Source of the DNA: an uncultured Solirubrobacteraceae bacterium
GTDB taxonomy: Bacteria > Actinomycetota > Thermoleophilia > Solirubrobacterales > Solirubrobacteraceae
DNA: 64,000 bases
Direction of reading: 5' to 3'
Assembly: GCA_963724145.1 (NCBI GenBank)
Contig: CAVRTO010000011.1
Location: forward strand, 6,970-70,969
Part shown: one piece after another, positions 9,636 to 17,872 of the stretch
How the letters are laid out: each line of letters begins with the position of its first letter
Position numbering within the stretch: position 1 is the first letter of the stretch
Notes under the pieces: generated by a model
What the model was told of the DNA's origin: nothing
What the model saw: only the letters and a program-made list of their open reading frames with translations
Database searches by the model: none
Position numbers and translations under genes: made by a program

Positions 9636-9708
9636 AGCCGGAGAGGGGACTCGAACCCCTGCGCTCTCGCTTACAAGGCGAGTGCTCTACCAACTGAGCT
9701 ACTCCGGC
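9636..9708 (-). tRNA. tRNA-Thr (anticodon UGU); CCA not encoded
   Basis: Reverse complement GCCGGAGTAGCTCAGTTGGTAGAGCACTCGCCTTGTAAGCGAGAGCGCAGGGGTTCGAGTCCCCTCTCCGGCT. It shows a 7-bp acceptor stem, D-loop AGCTCAGTTGGTAGAGC, anticodon loop CTTGTAA and T-arm GGTTCGAGTCC. Confidence 0.9.
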
Positions 9709-9758
9709 ACGCGCAGCCCGGAGTCTAGGGCGGGCCCGGCGGCGCCGATACCCGCGGC

Positions 9759-10392
9759 ATGACGCGCGCGCACGCGAGGACGCCGCTCTGGGTCAAGGCC
9801 GGCGCGGCCGCGGCGCTGCTCGCCGCTGCTCGCGTGGTGGGGCGCGACGTGGCACGACACGCGCGCCAACGAGCGCCGGCTCGGCGCGATCGCCTCGCAG
9901 ATCGCCGGGCGCACGGTCGCGGTCCACTGCCCCGGGCCGGTCGGCCGGCTGATCGGGTGGGACATCGTCGAGGGCAGCGTCCGCTTCGCCGCCGACGGCA
10001 CGCCGGACGACGAGACGAAGCTCCGGGAGACGGCGTGCGCCGAGCTCGACGCGCTGGCCGAGGGCCGCCGCGGCGCGGAGCTCGCCTGCACCGAGCGGGC
10101 GGGGATCGCCTGCGGCCGGCACGGGCGCGCGACCGCGATGGCGGTCGACGTGCTCGCCCACGAGTCCTGGCACCTGCGCGGGGTGATCGACGAGGGCGAG
10201 ACCGAGTGCCGCTCGCTGCAGACGATGGCGTGGACCGCCGCGCAGCTCGGCGCGACGCCCGCCCAGGGCGCGGCGCTGGCGCGCGCGCAGCTCGAGGGCG
10301 GCTACCTCGACCTGCCCGAGCGCTACCGCGACCCGCGCTGCGCCGACGGCGGGCCGCTCGACCTGCGGCCGGACGACCCGGCGTTCCCCTGA
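9759..10392 (+). CDS. Hypothetical membrane-anchored/secreted HExxH protein (putative metallopeptidase-like); apparent 1-nt frame disruption near 9825-9835
   Basis: ATG at 9759 encodes MTRAHARTPLWVKAGAAAALLAAA (signal/anchor). The protein-like sequence continues one frame on: WWGATWHDTRANERRLGAIASQIAGRTVAVHCPG...AVDVLAHESWHLRG. The track only shows its ATG-limited tail at 10138-10392. Confidence 0.5.
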
Positions 10393-10393
10393 G

Positions 10394-11329
10394 TCACTCG
10401 TGGACCGCGCCGCCGGCGCGGCCCGCGCGGATCTCCTCGCGCCACCACGCGACGGTGTCGGCCAGCGTCCGCTCGAGCGGGAGCTCGGGCGCCCACCCGG
10501 TCGCGTCGTGCAGCAGCGCGGCGCTCCCGCGGACCTCCATCACCTCGTGCGCGCGCACGAGCGACGGGTCGACGACGTGGTCGATGACGGCGCCGGTCGC
10601 GCGGCCGAGCCCGTCGAGCAGCTCGCGCGCCGACGCGGTCCGCCCCGAGCACACGTTGACGGCGCCGCAGATGCCGGCCTCCGCGATCAGCCGGTAGGCG
10701 CGCACCACGTCGCGCACATCCGTGTAGTCGCGGCGTGCGTCGGGGTTGCCGGTGGCGACGCGCACGGTCGCGTCGCCGGCCTCGAGCCCGGCGGCCACCT
10801 GGCGCGCGAACGAGGCGAGCGCGTAGAGCGGCGGCTGCCCCGGCCCGGCGTGGTTGAAGGCGCGCGGCCGCGCGACCCGGAGCCCGTGCGCGTCGGCGTA
10901 GAAGCCGGCGAGCAGGTCGCCGGCCGCCTTCGAGACCGCGTACGGGTTCTGCGGCCGCAGCGGCGCGGTCTCGTCGACCGGCAGCGACGCCGGCGGGCCG
11001 TAGACCTCGCCGGAGGAGACGGCGACGACCATCGCCTCGGGCGCCTCCACCCGGACCGCCTCCAGCACGTTCAGGTCGATCGCGCCGTTGTCGGCCAGCG
11101 TGGCGGCCGGATCGCCCCACGAGCGGCCGACGTGGGCCAGCGCCGCCAGGTGGAAGACGACCGCGGGCGCGGCGCCGGCGATCGCCGCGCGCGTCGCGGC
11201 GGCGTTGCGCAGGTCGACCCCGGCACTGCGCGACAGGGCGACGACGTCGTCCCCGGCGGCGCTGCACGCGGCGGCCAGGTGCGCGCCCGCGAAGCCCGAC
11301 GCGCCGGTGATGACGACGCGCCGGCTCAG
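10394..11329 (-). CDS. NAD-dependent epimerase/dehydratase (extended SDR; GDP-sugar dehydratase/reductase-like)
   Basis: VVITGASGFAGAHLAAAC Rossmann motif, YAVSKAAGDLL (YxxxK) and DVRDVVRAY. The only start-like codon near the Rossmann motif is a CTG overlapping the upstream stop (CTGA), so the start is uncertain. Confidence 0.75.
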   Translation of the reverse strand: MSRRVVITGASGFAGAHLAAACSAAGDDVVALSRSAGVDLRNAAATRAAIAGAAPAVVFHLAALAHVGRSWGDPAATLADNGAIDLNVLEAVRVEAPEAMVVAVSSGEVYGPPASLPVDETAPLRPQNPYAVSKAAGDLLAGFYADAHGLRVARPRAFNHAGPGQPPLYALASFARQVAAGLEAGDATVRVATGNPDARRDYTDVRDVVRAYRLIAEAGICGAVNVCSGRTASARELLDGLGRATGAVIDHVVDPSLVRAHEVMEVRGSAALLHDATGWAPELPLERTLADTVAWWREEIRAGRAGGAVHE

Positions 11330-11859
11330 GCGGCCGGTCCCGGCGCGACGAGGTGCTCGGCTGAGCCGTGGCCGTTCGAGGCCGCGACGTCGTCGTCGAC
11401 CGCGGCCGGCTCCTCGTCCGGCGGGTTGAGCCGGCGCTCGAGCTCGCCCAGGACGAGCCCGAACAGCACGTGGCGCCAGGTCGACTGCGCGAACGCGCGG
11501 CCCGAGCCCCACAGCTGCGGCAGGTCGGCCGGGTGGACGCGCGGGAGGACCGCGGTCCCCGGCCACGTGGCGAGGTGCTCGGCCAGCCCGGCGAGCGGCC
11601 CGCGCAGTACCGTCGGGACCGGCAGCGACGGGGCGACGTTCGCGTAGGCGGCCCCGAACAGGGCGCCGTTGGCGAGGTGCAGCGCGATCCCGGCGGGCTG
11701 CCAGCCGCCGCCCTTCGGAACCAGCCAGCGACCGAGCAGCTCGGTGTCGTCGTAGGGGTGTCCGAAGACGCGCCGGTCGAGCGGTTGCTGGGCCGCCCAG
11801 ACCCCCGCGGCGGCCGCGCCGGCGAGCGCGCCGCGCAGGGTTCGGGTGGCCATCGACAT
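11326..11859 (-). CDS. Hypothetical protein
   Basis: Start placed at MSMATRTLRGALAGAAAAGVWAAQQPLDRRVFGHPYDD... inside the 11326-11955 ORF. Protein-like composition; no family recognised. Confidence 0.45.
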   Translation of the reverse strand: MSMATRTLRGALAGAAAAGVWAAQQPLDRRVFGHPYDDTELLGRWLVPKGGGWQPAGIALHLANGALFGAAYANVAPSLPVPTVLRGPLAGLAEHLATWPGTAVLPRVHPADLPQLWGSGRAFAQSTWRHVLFGLVLGELERRLNPPDEEPAAVDDDVAASNGHGSAEHLVAPGPAA

Positions 11860-13399
11860 GGGGCGGACTGTAACGAGCCGGGCCCTGCCGGGTACCCCTG
11901 ACGTGACCGGCGAACCCGCCTCCGGCGCCGCCCTGGACGGCTTCCACAGCCGCACGCGCGTACGCGGGGTGAACCCGATCGTCTACTGGCTGGCGCGCGC
12001 GGTGCTGCAGCCGTTCTTCCACCTCTACTTCCGCCTGTCGCGGATCGGACGCGAGCACGTGCCGACGGACGGCCCGGTCATCTACTGCGCCAACCACCGC
12101 TCGTTCCTCGACCCGTTCGTGATCGGGACGATCGCGCGGCGGCCGATGTACTACGTCGCCAAGTCCGAGCTCTTCCGCTACCGGATCGTCGCGTGGTTCC
12201 TGAGCGCGCTCGGCGCGTTCCCGGTCAACCGCGGCCAGGGCGACCAGGACTTCCTCGAGACCGCGAAGGCGATCCTCGCGCGCGGCGACTCCGTGCTCAT
12301 GTTCGCCGAGGGGACCCGGATCCGGCCCGGCGCGCTCGGGCGCCCCAAGCGCGGCGTCGGGCGGCTCGCGCTCGAGACCGGCGTCCCGGTGGTGCCCGTG
12401 GCGATCATCGGCACCGAGCGCGTGCGCAAGGGCATCCTCGTCCGCCCGCACAAGGTGCGCGTCCGGATCGGCAGCCCGCTGCGCTTCCCGCGCGTCGCGC
12501 ACGCCTCGCCGCAGCTCGCCGCCGCGGTCACCGACCGGATCTGGCCCAACGTGATGCTGCAGTGGGAGTGGCTCGGCGGCCTGCCGCCGCTCCGCCGCGC
12601 CGCGGTGATCGGCGACGGCCCGTGGGCCACGGCGGTCAGCGCGATGCTCGGCCGCGCCGGGCTGGAGGTCGACCACGGCCCCGGGCTCGAGCTCTCGCGC
12701 CACGACCTCGTCTGCTTCGCCACGCCCGCCGACCGGCTGCCCGCCGCGGTCGCCGAGCACGGCGCCCGGATCCCCAGCCGCGCCGGCGTGCTCGTCCTCG
12801 CGCGCGGGATGGTGCCGCCGCTGGGCACGCTGCCCGCCGCCTACGTGGCCGAGCGGACGCCCGCGTGGGCGACCGGCGTGCTCTCCGGCCCGCCCGATCC
12901 CGCCGCCGGCGGCTCCTACGTGGTGGCCGCCGCCGACCCGGCCTTCCGGCGCCAGGTCGCGGACGCCCTCTCCGCGGCGCGCTTCGACGTCACCGCCACC
13001 GCCGACGTGACCGGCGTCGAGCTCGCCGGCTGCGCCACCGGCGCCGCCGCCCTGGCCGCCGCGGTCGCCGGCCCGCAGCTCGCCGGCAGCGCGGCCGGCA
13101 AGGTCTTCGCCGAGGTCGAGCGCTACGCGCGGACCGCGGGCGCGGAGCCCGGCACGTTCGCCGGCCTCGCGGGCGCCGGCGACCTCGTCGCCACCGTCCT
13201 CGGGCGCTCCACGGGCGCCGACACGCAGCTCCAGATCCCGCTCCTGGCCGAACAGGTCCGCACCGCCGGCGTCGAGGCCCCGGTGCTGGCCGGGCTCGCG
13301 GACGTCGTGACCGGCCGCGCCGGCGCCGAGCGCTGGGTCGCATCGCTGACCGTCCCGCGTCCCGCCCAGGCCCGTCCCGCGCACGCCCGGGTCGCCTGA
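11846..13399 (+). CDS. 1-acyl-sn-glycerol-3-phosphate acyltransferase (PlsC-type) fused to a glycerol-3-phosphate dehydrogenase (GpsA)-like domain
   Basis: Acyltransferase motifs CANHRSFLDP (HX4D), FAEGTR and VPVVPVAI. The C-terminal half has a GpsA-like skeleton: AAVIGDGPWATAVSAMLG, DVTGVELAGCATGAAAL, GLAGAGDLVATV. The start is uncertain because it overlaps the divergent gene. Confidence 0.75.
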   Translation: MAIDMGRTVTSRALPGTPDVTGEPASGAALDGFHSRTRVRGVNPIVYWLARAVLQPFFHLYFRLSRIGREHVPTDGPVIYCANHRSFLDPFVIGTIARRPMYYVAKSELFRYRIVAWFLSALGAFPVNRGQGDQDFLETAKAILARGDSVLMFAEGTRIRPGALGRPKRGVGRLALETGVPVVPVAIIGTERVRKGILVRPHKVRVRIGSPLRFPRVAHASPQLAAAVTDRIWPNVMLQWEWLGGLPPLRRAAVIGDGPWATAVSAMLGRAGLEVDHGPGLELSRHDLVCFATPADRLPAAVAEHGARIPSRAGVLVLARGMVPPLGTLPAAYVAERTPAWATGVLSGPPDPAAGGSYVVAAADPAFRRQVADALSAARFDVTATADVTGVELAGCATGAAALAAAVAGPQLAGSAAGKVFAEVERYARTAGAEPGTFAGLAGAGDLVATVLGRSTGADTQLQIPLLAEQVRTAGVEAPVLAGLADVVTGRAGAERWVASLTVPRPAQARPAHARVA

Positions 13400-13422
13400 G
13401 GGAATAGCCTTGTCGGTAACGC

Positions 13423-13974
13423 ATGGCCGCGACGGAACCGACCGACAAGGCCTCGCTCGACGAGGCCTTCTCGCAGCTCTACCGCGCGCATCTGCGCGAC
13501 GTGTACTCGTACTCGTACTACCGCGTCGGCAACCACCACGACGCGGAGGACCTCACGGAGCAGACGTTCCTGCAGGCCTACCGTCACTTCGAGCGTGCCC
13601 AGCGCGAGTCGGAGGGCCGGCCGCTGCGACCGTGGCTGATCCGGATCGCCCACAACCTGGCGGCGAACTACTACCGCGACCGCTCGCGCCGCCCCCAGAC
13701 GCCGATCGACGACGCCGGCCCGCTCTCCGCGCCGCACACGACCGAGGCGCTCGTGGAGGACCGCGACGACCTCAAGCGGATCCTGACCGGCGTCCAGAAG
13801 CTGCCGGACGACCGCCGCGAGGCGCTGATCATGCGCTTCGCGCTGGGGATGGACAACCGCGAGATCGCGCGCGCGCTCGGGCGCACGGACGGCGCCACGA
13901 AGGTGCTGCTGCATCGCGCCATCCGGCAGCTCGAGGAGATCGTGAAGCAGGACGAGGGTACGACTGAGCCATGA
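13423..13974 (+). CDS. ECF-type RNA polymerase sigma-70 family factor
   Basis: Region 2 DAEDLTEQTFLQAYRHF...WLIRIAHNLAANYYRDR; region 4 LPDDRREALIMRFALGMDNREIARALGRTDGATKVLLHRAIRQL. Confidence 0.85.
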   Translation: MAATEPTDKASLDEAFSQLYRAHLRDVYSYSYYRVGNHHDAEDLTEQTFLQAYRHFERAQRESEGRPLRPWLIRIAHNLAANYYRDRSRRPQTPIDDAGPLSAPHTTEALVEDRDDLKRILTGVQKLPDDRREALIMRFALGMDNREIARALGRTDGATKVLLHRAIRQLEEIVKQDEGTTEP

Positions 13975-14333
13975 GCGACCAACCCGCCGAATTCGAGCTG
14001 AAGCTCAAGCGGGCGCTCTCGCCCGTCGATCCGCCGCGCGAGCTGGAGGCGCGGCTGGAGCGGACGCTCGGCTCGCTCGTCGACATGGCCGCCGAGGAGC
14101 TCGAGGCGTGGGAGCTCTCGACGTTCCGCGACCCGCGCAACTGGAGCCGCATCGCGCGGCCGGTCGCCGCGGCGGCGATCGGCTCGAGTGCGGCGGTCGG
14201 GCTCGTGCTCATCCGGACCCAGCGCAAGCGGCATCGCCGGCGCAACGAGGCGGCATCCGCCGTCGATCTCGTCGGGCGCACCGTGCGCGATCTCGCGCGC
14301 GAAGCCCGGCGCGTTGCCGACGACGTGTTCTGA
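13971..14333 (+). CDS. Hypothetical single-pass membrane protein, translationally coupled to the ECF sigma gene (possible anti-sigma factor)
   Basis: ATGA overlap with the sigma gene stop; one TM segment IARPVAAAAIGSSAAVGLVLI; no recognisable anti-sigma motif. Confidence 0.45.
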   Translation: MSDQPAEFELKLKRALSPVDPPRELEARLERTLGSLVDMAAEELEAWELSTFRDPRNWSRIARPVAAAAIGSSAAVGLVLIRTQRKRHRRRNEAASAVDLVGRTVRDLAREARRVADDVF

Positions 14334-14347
14334 TCCGGGAACGGGCG

Positions 14348-14950
14348 ATGGCGCGTAGGAACGAGCCGACGATGCCCGATGATCTCCGCGCCCTGGCCGA
14401 CGAGGACCTGATGCAGTTCATGCGCCGCGGCGAGGCGCGCGCGTTCGAGGTGCTCTACGAGCGCCACAGCCAGGCGGCCTTCTCGCTCGCCTACCGGATG
14501 GCCGGCTCGCGCGGGCTCGCGGAGGACGTCGTGCAGGAGGCGTTCGTGAGCCTGTGGCGCTCCGGCGCGCGCTACGAGCGCGCCCGCGGCTCGGTCCGCA
14601 CCTGGGTGCTGGGGATCGTGCACCACCGCGCGATCGACGCGCTGCGCCGCTCCCAGGTCCACGAGAAGCGGCGCACGAGCGACGAGGGCCTCGAGGAGAA
14701 GCTGGAGACCGGCGAGCGGACCGACGCGCAGGCGGCGCGCCACGAGGAGGCCGACACGCTGCGCGGCGCGCTCGAGCAGCTCCCGGCCGAGCAGAGCCGG
14801 GTGATCGAGCTCGCGTACTTCGGCGGCTTCACGCACACGGAGATCGCCACCATGCTGGAGATGCCCGTCGGCACCGTGAAGGGGCGGATGCGACTCGGCC
14901 TCGAGAAGATGCGCCACGCGCTCGGCGCGGGGCAGGTGAGCCTGGGATGA
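14348..14950 (+). CDS. ECF sigma factor (SigK/SigE-like)
   Basis: MARRNEPT...DEDLMQFMRRGEARAFEVLYERH, region 2 VVQEAFVSLWR...WVLGIVHHRAIDALR, region 4 LPAEQSRVIELAYFGGFTHTEIATMLEMPVGTVKGRMRLGLEKM. Confidence 0.85.
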   Translation: MARRNEPTMPDDLRALADEDLMQFMRRGEARAFEVLYERHSQAAFSLAYRMAGSRGLAEDVVQEAFVSLWRSGARYERARGSVRTWVLGIVHHRAIDALRRSQVHEKRRTSDEGLEEKLETGERTDAQAARHEEADTLRGALEQLPAEQSRVIELAYFGGFTHTEIATMLEMPVGTVKGRMRLGLEKMRHALGAGQVSLG

Positions 14951-15678
14951 CGCGCTTCGGGCCCGATCACGAGCGCTGGGCCGACTCGGTCGGCTCGTAC
15001 CTGCTCGGCGCGATGCCGGACGACGAGCTCGGCGGCTTCGAGGCGCACCTGTCCGAGTGCCCGGCGTGCCGCGACGAGGTGGACCGCCTCCGCGTGGCCG
15101 CGGACGCGCTGCCGGTCTCCGTGCCGCTCGTCGCACCGCCGCCCGAGCTGAAGGACCGGATCATGACCGTCGTCGAGGCCGAGGCCGAGCTGCTCGCCTC
15201 CGCCGGTCCGGCGGCGCGGCCCGCCCGGCCGGAGCGGCCCGCGCGCGAGCGCCGCAGCTGGTTCGGCTGGCTGTCGCGCCCGGCCGTCGCGCTCGCCTGC
15301 GCGCTCGTGCTGCTGGTCGGCGGCGGCGTGATCGGCGGGCTGATCGCCGGCGGCGGCGAGGAGACGCGCACGCTCTCCGCCCAGACCGCGCCGGAGGGCG
15401 CCACGGTCGACCTGAAGATCGGCGACGAGGGCGCCACCCTGGTCGCGACCGGCATGCCGGCGCCGCCCGAGGGCCGCGTCTACCAGGTGTGGACGCTCAA
15501 GCCGGGCGGGAAGCCGGTCCCGACGAGCGCGCTGTGGACGCCGCGCGCCGACGGATCGGCCGACGTCGCCGTCCCGGGCTCGCTCGACGGGGTCCAGTCC
15601 GTGCTCGTCTCGGCCGAGCCGCCGGGCGGCTCGCCGGCGCCGACGACCACCCCGGTCATCGACGCGCCGACCAGTTGA
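14947..15678 (+). CDS. Anti-sigma-K factor RskA-like (zf-HC2 N-terminus, TM, extracytoplasmic RskA domain)
   Basis: ATGA overlap with the sigma gene. HLSECPACRDEV zinc-finger anti-sigma motif, TM LACALVLLVGGGVIGGLIAGG, and C-terminal YQVWTLKPGGKPVPTS...VLVSAEPPGGSPAPT typical of RskA. Confidence 0.8.
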   Translation: MTRFGPDHERWADSVGSYLLGAMPDDELGGFEAHLSECPACRDEVDRLRVAADALPVSVPLVAPPPELKDRIMTVVEAEAELLASAGPAARPARPERPARERRSWFGWLSRPAVALACALVLLVGGGVIGGLIAGGGEETRTLSAQTAPEGATVDLKIGDEGATLVATGMPAPPEGRVYQVWTLKPGGKPVPTSALWTPRADGSADVAVPGSLDGVQSVLVSAEPPGGSPAPTTTPVIDAPTS

Positions 15679-15716
15679 TCTGACGCACAGATCCGGCTGC
15701 TAGGTTCGCCGCCCTG

Positions 15717-16550
15717 ATGGCCACCTGCTACCGCCACCCGGACCGCGAGACGGGCGTCTCCTGCTCGAACTGCGGCAAGCCGATCTGCCCGGACTGCATG
15801 ACCGCGACGCCGGTCGGGATGCGCTGCCCGGACTGCGCCGGCAAGACCCAGCGCGTGCAGTCGATGCGCTCGCTGGCCGTCGACCCGATCGTCACCTACG
15901 TGCTGATCGCGATCAACGTGCTGATGTTCCTCGGCGCGGGCGCGGGCGGCTCGATCCTCACGGGCGGCGGGAGCGGCGGCTCGCGCGTGTTCAACGACTT
16001 CGCGCTGTGGGGGCCGGCGATCGACCTCGGCCACGACTACTGGCGGCTGATCACCTCGGGCTTCCTGCACTCCGGGATCCTCCACATCGCCTTCAACATG
16101 TACATCCTCTGGTGGGTCGGGCAGATGCTCGAGCCGGCGCTCGGGCACGTGCGCTTCACCGCGCTCTACTTCGCCTCGCTGCTCGCCGGGGCGTTCGGCG
16201 CCCTGCTGTTCTCGCCGAACGCGGTCACGGTCGGCGCCTCGGGCGCGGTCTTCGGCCTGATGGGCGCGGCGTTCGTGCTCCAGCGGGCGCGCGGGATCGA
16301 CACGATGGCGTCGGGGATCGGGCCGATCATCATCCTGAACCTGGTGCTCAGCTTCGTGATCCCGAACGTCTCGATCGGCGGGCACATCGGCGGGCTGGTC
16401 GGCGGGGTGATCTGCGCGTTCGCGATGGAGCGGTTCAGCGGCCGCGGCCGCGCGGTCGCCTACTCGGTCGCGGCCTGCGTGGTCGTCGGGCTCGTCGCGG
16501 CGGTCGCCGGGATCGCCGTCTCCGGGCGCAACTCGCCGTTCACGGGCTAG
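15717..16550 (+). CDS. Rhomboid-family intramembrane serine protease with N-terminal zinc ribbon
   Basis: CYRHPDRETGVSCSNCGKPICPDCM...CPDC zinc ribbon; WRLITSGFLHSGILHIAFNMY and GASGAVFGLMGA (catalytic GxSG), with His in GGHIGGLVGG. Confidence 0.85.
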   Translation: MATCYRHPDRETGVSCSNCGKPICPDCMTATPVGMRCPDCAGKTQRVQSMRSLAVDPIVTYVLIAINVLMFLGAGAGGSILTGGGSGGSRVFNDFALWGPAIDLGHDYWRLITSGFLHSGILHIAFNMYILWWVGQMLEPALGHVRFTALYFASLLAGAFGALLFSPNAVTVGASGAVFGLMGAAFVLQRARGIDTMASGIGPIIILNLVLSFVIPNVSIGGHIGGLVGGVICAFAMERFSGRGRAVAYSVAACVVVGLVAAVAGIAVSGRNSPFTG

Positions 16551-16563
16551 GCTCCCGCGCGCC

Positions 16564-17059
16564 ATGCCGGACGACCTGGTCGCCGTCGTCGAGATCCCCA
16601 AGGGGAGCTCGAACAAGTACGAGTGGGATCCCGAGCTGGGGGCGATCAAGCTCGACCGGCTCCTGTTCTCCTCGCTCGGCTACCCGACCGACTACGGCTT
16701 CTTCCGCGACACGCTCGCGGCCGACGGCGATCCGCTCGACGCGATGATCGCCGTCTCCGAGCCGACGTTCCCGGGCTGCCTGATCGAGGTCAAGCCGGTC
16801 GCGCTGTTCCGGATGCGCGACCAGAAGGCGGAGGACAACAAGATCCTCTGCGTCCCGCACACCGACCCGAACTGGTCGCACATCGAGCGGCTCGACGACC
16901 TGCCGATGTCGCTGCGCGACGAGATCTCGCACTTCTTCTCGATCTACAAGACGCCCGAGTGGAAGGTCGTCAAGGTCGACGGCTGGTACCCGCGCGAGGA
17001 CGCGCTGGAGTCGATCGAGCGGGCCCGTCGAGCGCTGGCGCGCGACGCAGGCGGGCTAG
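16564..17059 (+). CDS. ppa: Inorganic pyrophosphatase (family I); in-frame stop missing, end placed at an out-of-frame TAG assuming one extra G in the run at 17053-17055
   Basis: VVEIPKGSSNKYEWDPELGAIKLDRLLFSSLGYPTDYGFFRDTLAADGDPLDAMI...RMRDQKAEDNKILCVP. As given, the frame stays open to 18504, antisense to two real genes. Confidence 0.8.
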
Positions 17060-17865
17060 AGGCCGAAGACCGCGCGCGCGTTCGCGCCGAGGAACGCGTC
17101 GGCCGCGGCCGGCTCGAGCCCCAGGTCGCCGAGATGCTCGAGCGCGCGCTGCGGCGCGATCATCGGCCAGTTCGTGCCGAACAGGACCTTGCGGCCGCCG
17201 TCGGCGCGCAGGTAGCGGACCAGCTCGGGCGGGTAGCGCCGCGCGGTGTAGGCCGAGGTGTCGATGTAGACGTTGGGGTACTTGCGCGCGAGCGCGACCA
17301 TCTCCTCCGTCCACGGGTAGCCGATGTGGCCGCCGACGATCGTCAGGTCGGGGAAGTCGAGCGCGACGTCGTCGAGGTAGGGGATCGGGCGGCCGGTCTC
17401 GGAGCTGCGCAGCGGCCCGGTGTGGCCGACCTGGGTGCAGAACGGGACGCCGAGCTCCACGCACTCGGCGAACAGCGGGTAGTAGCGGCGGTCGTTCGGC
17501 GGCCAGCCCCACAGCCAGGGGACGACCCGCAGGCCCTTGAAGCCCAGCCCGGTGACGCAGCGGCGCAGCTCGCGCACGGCGCGGACCGGGTCGCGGAGGT
17601 CGACCGACGCGAGGCCCGCGAGGCGGTCGGGCGCCTGCGCGACCCAGCCGGCGACCTCGTCGTTGGAGATCAGGTCGCCGTCGGGGCCGGTCCAGGCGCT
17701 GATCAGGCCGCGGTCGACGCCGCCCGCGTCCATCGCCTCGAGCGTGACCGCGAGCGGGATCTCCCCGCGCGGCGGCTCCTGGCCCGTCCAGCGCATGAGC
17801 GGGGCGAGCATCGGGTGGCGGAACAGCCGCTCGGTGGGGTGCTGCATCCAGGCGTCGACGACCAT
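17056..17865 (-). CDS. Amidohydrolase-2 (TIM-barrel metal-dependent hydrolase/decarboxylase) family protein
   Basis: 269-aa ORF MVVDAWMQHP...FKGLRVVPWLWGWPPNDRRYYPLFAECVELGVPFCTQVGHTG...IVGGHIGYPWTEE...LFGTNWP. Confidence 0.8.
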   Translation of the reverse strand: MVVDAWMQHPTERLFRHPMLAPLMRWTGQEPPRGEIPLAVTLEAMDAGGVDRGLISAWTGPDGDLISNDEVAGWVAQAPDRLAGLASVDLRDPVRAVRELRRCVTGLGFKGLRVVPWLWGWPPNDRRYYPLFAECVELGVPFCTQVGHTGPLRSSETGRPIPYLDDVALDFPDLTIVGGHIGYPWTEEMVALARKYPNVYIDTSAYTARRYPPELVRYLRADGGRKVLFGTNWPMIAPQRALEHLGDLGLEPAAADAFLGANARAVFGL

Positions 17866-17872
17866 CGGCGCG

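Noticed and set aside
9636-13400. Genomic island integrated at tRNA-Thr
   Set aside because: No integrase, recombinase or phage genes are present, no direct repeat of the tRNA 3' end was seen, and the flanking genes are ordinary metabolic or hypothetical genes of the same GC character.
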